64,000 bases of DNA from Antedon mediterranea (lineage: Eukaryota; Animalia; Echinodermata), in the NCBI RefSeq assembly GCF_964355755.1, contig NC_092678.1, positions 24,693,365 to 24,757,364 on the forward strand, written 5' to 3'. Numbering within the stretch: position 1 is the first letter of the stretch; each line of letters begins with the position of its first letter. A program made the translations under genes and the position numbers. Below are positions 1 through 11,377 of the stretch, piece after piece. The notes below the pieces were generated by a model. The model saw only the letters and a program-made list of their open reading frames with translations. It was not told the origin of the DNA and made no database searches.

Positions 1-3000
1 AAACTAACTGAAATAAAAGACCAGTGGAAAGCAGGCTTAACATTGATATAGAAATGTAGTTTGTAAACTAGTTGTCCAACTGATTAGCCTAGTAAAAGAA
101 CAAGTTATGGCCAAGTATATGATAGCTTGGTCAAGGTATTTAACTGTTTGTTGTTGAGATAATTCATTCAACAAATCCTTAGGATTAGTGCAAGCCATTT
201 TAAGCCTTGTTTTCATCCTTTAATCCGATTTTAATCTTGATAAAATTCTTCTACCACATAAAGCTACTGACAACCATTAGTTCATTTTGATTTCAATCTA
301 TCGATGTTTTGACAATTTAATATTCTTAAAAATTAATTTAGGAACCATAACATAAGTTTTATGTTGAATTTGTTACAAATCTGTTTCAATTTTTATTTTC
401 ATTTGAAATTGGTAACATATTAATTTAATGTCTTCTAAAGCTCTATCTACACTTTCAAACTTTTTGTGACAACATTTCTGATGTGCCCATATATACATGT
501 TGATATTACTACAATATTTGGGCACATCACAAACTCAACTTACTTTTTTGCTAAAGTTTTCTGAAGTTTGTTAATCTGACTTGCAAATCCGCCAAGGCCA
601 TCAACTAATTTTAAATCTTCGCTCTCAGAAGTTGAATCTAAATTTTCATCATCGTGATCTAAAAAAACAAATTAAAAAAATGTATGCATAAATAATAATG
701 GTAGTCTTATATAGCGCTTATCCAAAATAAATTTTCTCTAAAGCGCTATGACCACAAGGCTCGAAACAAGGTAGAAATTACGTCATTTCATATGCTAGGC
801 AAAAGAGATGGGTTTTCAGTAATTGTTTAAAGATGTCAATATAATTGGCATTCTACTAAGCGCTTTATACACAAAAATGATCCATAAAATATCTTAAGAT
901 TGGTAAAAAAACAAAATAGGAAGAAACATTAGGAACAGGCATACTATATCGGAAGGTAGTCATGGGTGCATTCTATGGGAATAGACACCTCTTCCTCAGC
1001 TTTTTATAAGTACATGCCTGGATCCACTTTAAGTACCCCTTTCTTATCCTGATGTTAGCATACCCCTACAATGACTGCAACATATGATATATATAATATA
1101 ATATTATGACTGAAATCATTGAAAAGGAAGGGAAAGGTCAAGGGTAAGCTCATTTGGGAACGTCAAATTCATGTCCCCTGGCGCAACTAACAACAGGCTG
1201 TATTTTGTATTCAACTGTACCACCATAAATCAACCTGATAGATTTTAAAATTATGCTCTAATAAAGTATATAGCATTGTTTGTATAATAATAATGCATTG
1301 TCCTTGCAATCATTAGGGAATGTTAGTAATATGAGCCAAATGTAACTTGATCTCATAAGCTATATAAAAATTACATTAATGTGTTTATGATTTGTGAATG
1401 TTTATTATGCTAATGAATGAGGTTGTTGAAAGGCAAAACTGTTCCACAGTTCTTTCCATTCTTGTCGCTTATCCTTTCCCCTAAACAATATTAATCATTT
1501 GAACAACTTTCTCAAAACAAGAAATTAAAAACTTTCCCAATAATACAACTTATGTATCTAATTGTTTTACTGAAAAAAATGTGGCGTATTTGATTAGGAA
1601 CTTCAACATTAAGTTTGTTTTTTTAATTTAATTTAGTTATAGAGAAATTAGTTCCAGACATTAAACGAACAAGCTAGTTTTCTTTCCTGTTAAGCAAAAA
1701 GATTTGATTAGATTTTGATGATTTGAATTCATTTTGAAAAACAAATTCATAACATTTCTACTGAAATTAATGACAAATATCATATATTAGTAGCATAGTA
1801 GTATACTGCCTATATAAGAAATATTTGTTTGTGATTAAATGTATGAAATCACAACACAATTATAGAATGTTCATTTAATTGGATCAAGGCTTTATCTAGA
1901 CCTTCACTACAGTTCTTTACATAATAAGCAAATATCATTCAATATAACTTGTTATTAAGCAGATTAAACTAGTCAAACAAATGAACACATTTCAAAGAAT
2001 TAAGAAAAAGCCTTGATTCATACTATAACTGTTTACAATTCTGGAAAAGTCTTTCAATTTATTAAAACATGGTTAATTGTATTTAGTGTTTTATTCTATA
2101 GATTTAAGACACTCAACATTATGTGGTCAATCTTGCCCTGTGGGGACTATCAGGGCCAAGGTTAGTGAGAGGAAACATGAAATTGCTAAAAGAATTATAA
2201 CAAAACTGTTTTTAGAAACCCACAAACTCTGGCCGAGGTTTGACAGAATTTTGAAATTGCCCAAATTGACAGAATTTAAAACTTGCCCAAATTGACAGAA
2301 ATTTGAACTTTCCCAAATGAAAAGGCAAAAGCTGAAAACAGTGGTCTCCAAAATAGATTTTGATTTCATTTTGTTTGTTGGCTATGCATATTTAAAGATC
2401 GAGAAAAGTAATAAAAATAGTTAATCACAAAAAAGGTTGTGTATGATAACCAAAAAATAAGTTTAAAAACAAACTTTCAGTTAATAATTAATAAAAGCCA
2501 GTCTACCTTGCAACTACAGCATTAGTATTATGGCGCCTAAGTATTGGCATTAGTGAAGTTTCCAACACAGTTGAATAGTTGAACTTAGTCTGACCTTGAG
2601 GTACCTATACAAAATAGTGCATGCCTTATGAAATAGAAGCTGGCTTAATTCAAGATCAGGGTGATAATGCCTTGATCAGGGTTAACTTTCATACAAGCTT
2701 CCTATACAACACTACAGTAGACGTATATATACGAGATATTATCAGAAACACTCATGTAATGATTCAAGATTTTCAGGTGACAACACATCTATTAAATAAA
2801 ACTTAATTCATGGTGTTGTTATTTTCAATGTCAATGGAATATTGACAATGACACGAGGAAAATATCCGACAATGAGTTTGTGTTAATTAATAATTTGTTG
2901 TTAATACTCATAATTAGTTTCTTTCTCTGCATAACAGGATAATTATAACTGTACCATCAGATTCCCATGATTTAAGATGAAATGTTGCATTCTACCAGGG

Positions 3001-6000
3001 TGATTTATATAAATGATCAAATCAGGTACATTATTGTTGATGACTCAATTTGGTGCCATGAGCATTTTGTTGATGGAGACTAGCGCATATAAGTTTATTG
3101 TCATAAGTTGACATACATTTGGAACAAACATGTTTTTTAAATTTGCATCGTTCCCTGACCCTAGTATAGTATGCTAACATGATGAAAGTTGCAACCCTAC
3201 TCTTGAAGACACTGTTGGATGTTTGCTGAGTTTGAATGGCATCTCACAAGAGATGACATCACTAATGATTTAAAGTCCAATGTAACCTAGCCCTAAAGAT
3301 AGGAGCCTAAAGGCTTCAAACATTTCGAACAAAAAACAAATTCCAACGTTACGAGAAAGGACCGATCAAATGTTTCTAAAAAACATCAACATAGAAGAAT
3401 TCCAATGTTACAAGCCCTCAGGATGCGGGCTTAAGACACAATCCAGCCTAAAGGTGTGCACATCAAAAGTACCAAAAACCAGGGCTTCAAAGGGCACACA
3501 TCAAAAGTGCCAAAAACATCAACAAAATGAAATTCCATTGTTGTGATCATACAAGAAAGCACCCAGCCTAAAGGCACACAAACTTTTTATACATTTTTTC
3601 AAACATTCATCCCTGAAAAACAATATTTGCTATACAGTAAGATTACTAAACTGAACAAAGCAACCTAGCCTGGGGAGGCTGACTTAGAGCAAGATAATTC
3701 CATGAATGTTACCCTGTAAAATTCCACAGTTAAATAATTGACTTACTAAGCTTACATTTAGTGGGAAAAAACACAATGCCAGTTTTTGGTATCTTCTTCA
3801 GCAATGTGATAACAAATTTGGCAGAACTAAACAATGTGTTTGAATGCATTGAAATGTTGGTTCCCTGAACTCTGACAGCAACATAAGAACGGTTACGCAA
3901 ATAATTTTACAAATCAGAAGTGATGGATTATCCAAATTGTCTCTTACGATTGGTCAAATTGTGTCGCTAGTTTGAACCAATCTTTACCATAATAATCAAT
4001 GCATATATGTATACCTATTTTGTAAGCCAAGAAATGAATGCTTTACTTTACTCAATAAGCATTTTACAAACACAATGACTTAACACCTAACTTCCTTTAG
4101 GGTAACACTTACTACTAATCTGTTTCAAGATCTACTCAAATGCAATTAGCTAGTACAAGTCAAGTTTAAAAACCCAGGTTGAATTGAAGAAATATGACTA
4201 GCAAAATGTCACTTATCACAAACAGAACCTTTTCAAGTAAAAGTATTAAATAACCAATGTGAAACCTAACTACTTCATCAAAAGCAAAAAGCATATTAAT
4301 AAAGAATTGATAAATGAGAATAAAAGTTGGAAAAAAGTTTGCAACACAAAGAAGCTATTATTATAAGTAAAGTTCGGCTGACTTTAGATGTTGTGTTAAG
4401 TTTCATCTTAACCCCTTCAGGCACGTCCCAGTTTCTTTAGTAGAAGTTGTTTTAGATACTTTTATCCTGGTATTGTATCAAAGTTCAACTACTTCAAATA
4501 TAAATCCATAAATGCCATTAACTTTACGTTGTGAATGTCATAAAAGAAACAAATTTATAATTTTGACAGGTATACACAATTATCAAAAATACTTTGAAGT
4601 GAATCAAACGTATTTGAATAAATTGAACAATATTTCAAAAGATCAAATAATCATTGCTAAGGTAAACTTCCTTAACTTTTACTGGTTTCACATAAAAGCA
4701 AAAATTACATGACAAATGAAATTCAATTTACTATATTCCCAAAATGTCAGTATCACATCTAAGCCTCTCTACTGTATTTCTAAGCCTCTCCATCATTTCA
4801 CTTTTTAACAATAATTAATTATCACTTTGGAAAACACTAGCTGTCGACAATGGTGTTTATGGTTACAAAGAATAAAGGATAGATTTGGATGAGCAAAAAT
4901 GAATGCTGCTTAGAGCTCATTTTGAGATAATTTATTGTTCAGGTACATTTACTGTATGTATATTAAAAAATGTTTAAAAAATCCAGGAGAATTGGAATAG
5001 CAATAGTTTGAACATCAACCTCAACAATTTAAAAATTAAACTTCTAAATCTACCTGGATAATACAGTAATACTAGACAGGGAAACCACATCATGGACGTT
5101 GTCTATACACACTCAAAATATAGACCCACAAATGACTAACATGACAAAAAAGAAATTTGAATCATTTTATAAGCATACTGTAGCATCCGTACAAACTGTA
5201 TAATTATAGAATGAGACAATATAAAGACCGCAGAATCACACTTGACCATTCAGTCGTTGACCCGCGATACCTGACATTAATATGTTTTGCTTAATGTTCC
5301 TGTTGCTAGTACTTATTATTTTTCTTATGAGCAATATTAGGAAATCGTTAAAACTATAAGATTAAGTTATATAAAACCCAATAATAAACCACTATACGGT
5401 TAAACAAGTACCACTAATAGTCTAGTACTCATTATTTTTCTTATGAGCAATATTAGGAAATCGTTAAAACTATTGTATTAAGTTATAATATAAAATCCAG
5501 TGATAGCCACAATAATAGTGAACCAGTACCAGCTACTTAAGAGAGTACTTTACACAATGCAATACCTCTTCTAAAAAGTTGGTTACTTAATTTTAAAGTC
5601 ATTTTTCTCCTTGTGTTTTGAACGACAAGCTACAAAAATCTATTTAGCACTTTTCTTTTTCAAATGTTGATGGAGCTCATCACAATAAACAATGCTTTTT
5701 GATATCATCAAACAATAATCAACTGTTAACAGGCAACAGAATAAATTTGTTGATTTTTATCAATTTTGTTACAACATTTCTTTTGTCATGGACAAGTTCT
5801 TTGTTGATTGTATTCTACCGAAAATGACAAAAACAGCAATCCAATCCAAAAAAAGGAATTTGATTGAGAAAATCTTCTATATTGTCACAAAACCTTAGTA
5901 ATGAGAAAGCATGTTTCACTTAATCTAATTGTATGAATTATATTACCAAATAATGGGCCGTTCCAATGAACACAATACCATCATTGATAGATCTATTACA

Positions 6001-6060
6001 AAGTTAGCAAGCAACTTAAAATACACAAACCAACAGTGGTGTTGGTAGTCTATGAGTGCC

Positions 6061-6229
6061 GCTTACCTGGATAAACCAACATAAGCCTCTCTCTCCGACG
6101 AGAGGTAAACATTACGAAAAGAAGAACATTAATAACATTAATTTTTCCCCACCCCCGTCGGATAATGGATCAGTCCGCCACCAGTACGCCCTCAAGTGAG
6201 ACACACCCACTTATCATCGTCATCATTTC
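6061..6229. repeat. DIRS inverted terminal repeat (3' end of the element)
   Basis: Exact reverse complement of 11209-11377 by manual comparison. It is preceded by a terminal extension at 6022-6060. Confidence 0.95.
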
Positions 6230-6265
6230 TCAAGACCACCTGCCTGAGGGGACGGTAGGGAGGGC

Positions 6266-6363
6266 GTTTATCCAGGTAAGCGGCACTCATAGACTACCAA
6301 CACCACTGTTGGTTTGTGTAGTCTATATCGTGCCTAGCTTACCTGGATAAACCAACATAAGCC
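6266..6363. other. DIRS internal complementary region (ICR)
   Basis: 6266-6320 is the reverse complement of the left terminus (from 6022) and 6319-6363 is the reverse complement of the right terminus (to 11395). The two halves overlap at TA 6319-6320. Confidence 0.95.
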
Positions 6364-6426
6364 AGTGTAGCACCGGACTAGAGTGTAGTCGGAGGCGGGA
6401 GGCAAGGTAAACATTGTCATACATAC

Positions 6427-9294
6427 CTAGTGTCTGGGCTTCAAGATTGAAGCTGCCACCGTAGACTGGTTTGCGGAGGTATCCGACAGGTAGTGGGATG
6501 TGAAGGTGGACTGTGATCGCCACCATGCCGCTTGCAGGATGTCTGGAAGGGGCACCCCAGCAAACAGCGCCCATGAAGCGGCTATGCCACGCACTTGGTG
6601 CATATGTGCCGGAGGAGGCGTATTTGTGGAGTCGTAACCAGCCCGGATGGCTGCCACGACCCAGTTTGCCAGCGTCGACCGAGCAGCCGGTCGGAAGGGT
6701 GCAACTGTCGATATGAACAGATGTGACGCTGAGACCCGAATGGACTCTGTGCGTTTGATGTAAAACTTTAGTGCCCGCACCGGGCACCAAAGTCTGTCTT
6801 CCTCAACCCCTGAATATGCAGCAATGGTGGGAATAAACACAGTCGGCGGCGAGAAGTTCAATGTCTGAGATTTTGCAAGGAAATCTTTTCTAAAAACCAA
6901 CCGCGCGCCACCCCGTTCAAACCTGATGTGCCCTGGCTCCAGAGAAAGAGCATGCAGTTCACCTCTGCGCTTGCACGAGGCTAGTGCAATCAAAAAGGCA
7001 GTTTTGAGAGTCAGGTTGTAAAGTGATGCCCTACTCAGGGGCTCGAAGGGTGGACGCATAAGAGCGGCTAGGACGACATTGACGTCCCAACGTGGAATCA
7101 GGGCCTTAGTAGGAGGCCGTTCTCGAAACATCCCGCGAAGCAAACTGGAAATTGCAGGGGATGAAGAGATGGTCGAGCCGTCTTTAAAATTCGGAATTAC
7201 TGCAGCCAAGGCAGACCGATAGCCGGATACGGTGCGAACCTGCAGACCTGACTCAAACAGGTAATGTAGGAAAGCGCAGACCTGGCCCAAAGTCACTTTC
7301 ATAGGGTCGGTCTTCTGGCGCTTGCACCATTCGAAAAAGTGTTTTAATCGGCTATTGTAGACAGCAAGAGTGGATTCCCGTCGGGATTTCGCCGCGAGGG
7401 CGGCCGGACCATCTGGAATGCCTGAGTCTCTGAAACGATCCCTGACAATGGCCATACAGTCAGGTCGAGGGATATGAGGTTCGGTAGAGCAAACCGAGCT
7501 CGGCCCTGCGTCAGCAAGTCGTTCCGAATCGGAAGACGTAACGGCTGATCGTACAGAAGGCCTAGAAGCAGTGGAAACCACGGCTGCCTGGGCCAATACG
7601 GCGCTATTAGTAGGACTCGGCATTGATGGCGCTGAATGTGCGTCAGGACCAGTGGCAGTATTGAAATCGGTGGAAAGGCATATGCCCAAAGGTTGTCCCA
7701 TGGTATGGACAGGGCATCCACCGCCCACGCATGTGCATCCCGATATCGACTGCAGAACGTCGGGAGCTGCGTGTTGCCTGACGTCGCAAACAGATCTACA
7801 TGGGGCCGCCCAAAGTGGTTGAAGATTTGGGTGGCGATTATTGGAAGGAGACGCCATTCCGTAGGACGTAGAAGTGGACGGGACAGTGCGTCCGCCACTA
7901 TGTTCAGACGACCCGCAATGTGGGCCGCTGACAGTTGGATGTTGTGTCTTATACACCACATTAGCAACGTCCACGTGTGGCAACATAGCGTGGGGGACCG
8001 TGTACCCCCTTGCCTGTTTATGTATGCCACGACGGTTGTGTTGTCGGAATTGACGAGAACATGGCGATTCGCCAGATGGGGAAGAAGAGCCTCCAACGAG
8101 CGCTCGACTGCCCAAAGTTCGAGCAGGTTGATGTGGGCGCGCGTCTCCTCGGGCGACCAGAGGCCGGAGACGCGAATGTCCGGAGACGGTATGTGACCGC
8201 CCCAGCCTACCTCGGATGCGTCCGTTTCCACACGGACATCCGGAATTGACCTTTGTATAGGTGTGCCCACAAGTAACCTGTCTTCCACGAGCCACCATTC
8301 GAGATGCGAGATAATGAACGCATTCGTTGGAACCACTTTGTGTAGAGAGTCCGATCTTGGGCGGTATGCTGCCAGAAGGTGCAGATGTAGAGGCCGCATC
8401 CTTAACCGGCAGAACGGAACGAGGGCGACGAAGCTGGCCAGTGACCCCAAGGTGCGTAGCCAGTCGTACGCCGTCGGAGCCTGAGCATTGATAAGATGCA
8501 GCACTGCAGTTCTTGCCTTGGCCACACGCTCGATGGATGGGCACGCACGGCCCGTAACCAAATTTATTTGGGCTCCGAGATACAGAGGGTTCTGAGAAGG
8601 GAGAAGACATGACTTCTCCTCGTTTATTATGAACCCTGCTTGTTCCGTCACGAGGCGGACAAAAGATAAGCTGCTCAGCAGCTGGTCCCTGGACTGGGCC
8701 ACGATCAACCAATCGTCTAAGTACATGAAAACTCTGATGCCGTGTTGATGAAAGAACGCCGCCAGGGTTCTCACTAGACGAGTAAACACTCGTGGGGCCG
8801 TTGAGAGGCCGAACGGCAGAGCTACGAATTGGTATACCTGATCGTGAATGCGGAAGCGCAGCCAACTCTGGTGTTCTTGCGCAATAGGCACGTGAAAGTA
8901 CGCGTCTTTCAAGTCTATTGTGGCTGCCCAGTCCCCTCGTCTTAGCCCCAACAGGATAGATGAGACAGTCTCCATCCTGAACCTGCGGGGCCGGATGTAC
9001 CGCTTGTTCAGACTTTTGAGGTTTAGGATGGGTCGCCAATCGCCCGATTTTTTCTGGGCGAGGAAAACGGTGGATTCGTGTCCCGGGATCGTAAGTTGTT
9101 CTTTTTGAACATGCACCACAGCTCCTTTCTGGAGCAGTGCTTCGAGGCCCGTCATGAGCGCTTGACTCTTTTCCGGCTCTGACGGAATCCTCGTGTGCCG
9201 GGCACCTCCGCTCACCGGAGGGCTCGAGAATTCGATACGATACCCGTGTGTCACGGTGGAGAGAACCCATCTGTCTGTGGTCAGGGTCTCCCAA
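6427..9294 (-). CDS. DIRS tyrosine recombinase (domain in the C-terminal ~330 aa) with a long N-terminal extension overlapping pol
   Basis: SAM-like region (STLAVYNSRLKHFFEWC...RTVSGYRSAL) and catalytic residues R (KRRGELHAL), HxxR (HQVR), W and Y (WWRSQSTFTSHY). The frame is open back to the gag stop at 9367. Confidence 0.93.
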   Translation of the reverse strand: MGDPDHRQMGSLHRDTRVSYRILEPSGERRCPAHEDSVRAGKESSAHDGPRSTAPERSCGACSKRTTYDPGTRIHRFPRPEKIGRLATHPKPQKSEQAVHPAPQVQDGDCLIYPVGAKTRGLGSHNRLERRVLSRAYCARTPELAALPHSRSGIPIRSSAVRPLNGPTSVYSSSENPGGVLSSTRHQSFHVLRRLVDRGPVQGPAAEQLIFCPPRDGTSRVHNKRGEVMSSPFSEPSVSRSPNKFGYGPCVPIHRACGQGKNCSAASYQCSGSDGVRLATHLGVTGQLRRPRSVLPVKDAASTSAPSGSIPPKIGLSTQSGSNECVHYLASRMVARGRQVTCGHTYTKVNSGCPCGNGRIRGRLGRSHTVSGHSRLRPLVARGDARPHQPARTLGSRALVGGSSSPSGESPCSRQFRQHNRRGIHKQARGYTVPHAMLPHVDVANVVYKTQHPTVSGPHCGSSEHSGGRTVPSTSTSYGMASPSNNRHPNLQPLWAAPCRSVCDVRQHAAPDVLQSISGCTCVGGGCPVHTMGQPLGICLSTDFNTATGPDAHSAPSMPSPTNSAVLAQAAVVSTASRPSVRSAVTSSDSERLADAGPSSVCSTEPHIPRPDCMAIVRDRFRDSGIPDGPAALAAKSRRESTLAVYNSRLKHFFEWCKRQKTDPMKVTLGQVCAFLHYLFESGLQVRTVSGYRSALAAVIPNFKDGSTISSSPAISSLLRGMFRERPPTKALIPRWDVNVVLAALMRPPFEPLSRASLYNLTLKTAFLIALASCKRRGELHALSLEPGHIRFERGGARLVFRKDFLAKSQTLNFSPPTVFIPTIAAYSGVEEDRLWCPVRALKFYIKRTESIRVSASHLFISTVAPFRPAARSTLANWVVAAIRAGYDSTNTPPPAHMHQVRGIAASWALFAGVPLPDILQAAWWRSQSTFTSHYLSDTSANQSTVAASILKPRH

Positions 9295-9326
9295 ACCCGT
9301 GAAAACCGTTTCAAGCGACCCCCCAC
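7344..9326 (-). CDS. pol: DIRS reverse transcriptase / RNase H / Dam-like N6-adenine methyltransferase polyprotein
   Basis: RT motifs VGGRL, WRPILNLK, IDLKDAYFHVPI, LPFGLSTAP and YLDD; RNase H motifs TDAS..GWG, INLLEL, SDNTT and ADALSR; MT motifs VDLFA, DAL and YAFPP. The frame is open from 9377, and the listed start is GTG, so the true start is uncertain. Confidence 0.95.
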   Translation of the reverse strand: MGGRLKRFSRVWETLTTDRWVLSTVTHGYRIEFSSPPVSGGARHTRIPSEPEKSQALMTGLEALLQKGAVVHVQKEQLTIPGHESTVFLAQKKSGDWRPILNLKSLNKRYIRPRRFRMETVSSILLGLRRGDWAATIDLKDAYFHVPIAQEHQSWLRFRIHDQVYQFVALPFGLSTAPRVFTRLVRTLAAFFHQHGIRVFMYLDDWLIVAQSRDQLLSSLSFVRLVTEQAGFIINEEKSCLLPSQNPLYLGAQINLVTGRACPSIERVAKARTAVLHLINAQAPTAYDWLRTLGSLASFVALVPFCRLRMRPLHLHLLAAYRPRSDSLHKVVPTNAFIISHLEWWLVEDRLLVGTPIQRSIPDVRVETDASEVGWGGHIPSPDIRVSGLWSPEETRAHINLLELWAVERSLEALLPHLANRHVLVNSDNTTVVAYINRQGGTRSPTLCCHTWTLLMWCIRHNIQLSAAHIAGRLNIVADALSRPLLRPTEWRLLPIIATQIFNHFGRPHVDLFATSGNTQLPTFCSRYRDAHAWAVDALSIPWDNLWAYAFPPISILPLVLTHIQRHQCRVLLIAPYWPRQPWFPLLLGLLYDQPLRLPIRNDLLTQGRARFALPNLISLDLTVWPLSGIVSETQAFQMVRPPSRRNPDGNPLLLSTIAD

Positions 9327-9366
9327 CTGCCCGCCCTCGCTTGGAGGGACGGGCGTCCCCGGGCCG

Positions 9367-10896
9367 TCACCGGCGCTTCACATTATAATACCGGCGACCA
9401 CTTCTGTTGGTGGCGCCTTTGCCACCCCTATTTCGCATTCCGCGAGGGGGGTGTGAAGCCTGTCTTGATGTAGAAGCCTGACTTTGCATAGGCTGAGCCG
9501 GTGGCGGCGGGGGAGGCTGCATCTGCTGAGGAGCAGCAGGGACAGGCGGCGGTCGTGCGGCTGTCCTTGAGCGTGAATTGCTAGCTCGGCGTTTTTGCGG
9601 GAAGCGCGCTCTTGTCTCCCGACGAGCTTCCCTCTCACGAGCCCATTTATCCTCCTTCTGTGAGAAGGAGCCAAAGAACAAGTCCTGCGCCCCGAAGGAG
9701 TCAGACGTAGTAAACCTACGGAAATCGGTCGGTGCGATGTCAGTTGCACCCAAGACGTTAACGCGACGGGCCGCGGCCGCAGATAATGAGATCGTTGCCT
9801 GTTGATCAACAACCAGGCCCATGATCTGCTGTAGTAGAGCTATCACGTCCGAATCGCCCTGAGGCGGATGTTCTGGATCAGCCAGAAAGGATAGCAAGTA
9901 CCCGGCCATAGAGGCGGCTCTAAGCGTCTCGCGTGCGGCCCTGTCGACGGACGTAAGGACATCCTCTGTCCGGGATTCCGAAGGCTTCAAAAAATTAGTC
10001 CTGGACGGGTCCAGGTTCTGGTCCTCACGGACCCGTTCCTTCGCTGCCTCCGGGACGCTCGGCGCCGCGATGTACAGTTCGAATTGTTTCTGCGGCACCG
10101 GAAAAGCCGATGACAGGCTATAAGGCATAGGCCTACGAATCTTGGACTCCTTAGCGATCAGCTCCACACGTTCCACAAGTTCTGGATCGAGAGGCGTAAC
10201 CGGGCACGAAGATACCTTCTTAAAGGGCGTGCGTACGCCAAAAGTGGAAAACCGCTTAGACGAAGGAGTATGCTTAGGCTCTCGATACGTGAAATCGACG
10301 CCGAGAAAGGACAGCACCGCGGGGACCGTCCGCATAACTAGCGCCTGCAGACCTTCCTCCCCTGGCCCGGCCTGCTCCCGTAAGCTATCTCTATCATCGT
10401 CAGAGAGCGAGGCCATCGTCCTGTCACTATCGTAATCCCTTTGCCGGACGGACGAACCATCGAAAAACGAGGTCTGCTGTGGGCCAACATCAATGTATGG
10501 AATATGGGGAGGAGGTCTAATCTGAGAGGGTACCTCAGGCTCATCCCTCGGCAGAGCTCTCACAGCTGCAACAATGGCTTGCAGTAACCCCGGAGAAATC
10601 TCATTCACCCCCGGAACCGCAGAGGCCGCAGCCGGTGCAGGCATATCTGGAAGGCTAACTTCCGGCGCGACGGCAGGAGGGCCTGCCGTATCGGCGGTAC
10701 CCACCTCCGGAGGTGGTACAGCTTCCGTGCGCTCCTTAGGCTTAGGGAGCGATTTGAACTTGGACGGTGTCCAGCGGACACAAACATCGCACGGCGACAA
10801 CTCGGTACACGTGCGGCAATGTATGCACTCCAAGTGGCGGTCCCACTTCACGGTAGAGCGGGGACCCCTACATTTAACACACTCCTGCTTAGGCAT
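9367..10896 (-). CDS. gag: DIRS Gag-like protein (509 aa)
   Basis: First ORF of the element. N-terminal Cys/His cluster (CVKC...HLECIHCRTC...CDVC), helical central region, and a Pro/Arg-rich basic C-terminus. Confidence 0.88.
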   Translation of the reverse strand: MPKQECVKCRGPRSTVKWDRHLECIHCRTCTELSPCDVCVRWTPSKFKSLPKPKERTEAVPPPEVGTADTAGPPAVAPEVSLPDMPAPAAASAVPGVNEISPGLLQAIVAAVRALPRDEPEVPSQIRPPPHIPYIDVGPQQTSFFDGSSVRQRDYDSDRTMASLSDDDRDSLREQAGPGEEGLQALVMRTVPAVLSFLGVDFTYREPKHTPSSKRFSTFGVRTPFKKVSSCPVTPLDPELVERVELIAKESKIRRPMPYSLSSAFPVPQKQFELYIAAPSVPEAAKERVREDQNLDPSRTNFLKPSESRTEDVLTSVDRAARETLRAASMAGYLLSFLADPEHPPQGDSDVIALLQQIMGLVVDQQATISLSAAAARRVNVLGATDIAPTDFRRFTTSDSFGAQDLFFGSFSQKEDKWAREREARRETRARFPQKRRASNSRSRTAARPPPVPAAPQQMQPPPPPPAQPMQSQASTSRQASHPPRGMRNRGGKGATNRSGRRYYNVKRR

Positions 10897-11208
10897 GGTG
10901 ATCTAACAGACCTACTTCTACCCACTAGCCTAACGAACAACAAAAGATCTTCCAGTATTTCTATCCAGGTGAAACACACTGGATAACGGCTTACAACGCT
11001 AAATTTTAACTCCTGGCAACTAGCCAAGGGTAACGATTCTAAACGTATCCAACCACAAGATAACGATCTACTACACTTAGCTTCGTTTTCTTGCTCTATT
11101 CTTCTCTTCCAGTCTACAGTATAAAAGTCTTTATCGCAAATTCCTCAGGAATTCCAGGAATGTGTTCAGAAAAAGACGTACGTACACAACGACGTTACGA
11201 AAAGAAAT

Positions 11209-11377
11209 GAAATGATGACGATGATAAGTGGGTGTGTCTCACTTGAGGGCGTACTGGTGGCGGACTGATCCATTATCCGACGGGGGTGGGGAAAAATTAA
11301 TGTTATTAATGTTCTTCTTTTCGTAATGTTTACCTCTCGTCGGAGAGAGAGGCTTATGTTGGTTTATCCAGGTAAGC
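11209..11377. repeat. DIRS inverted terminal repeat (5' end of the element)
   Basis: Exact reverse complement of 6061-6229, followed by the terminus TAGGCACGATATAGACTA (ends 11395). Confidence 0.95.

Noticed and set aside
6165-10906. Short plus-strand and alternative-frame ORFs inside the DIRS element
   Set aside because: These are shadow ORFs of GC-rich coding sequence with no recognisable motifs.
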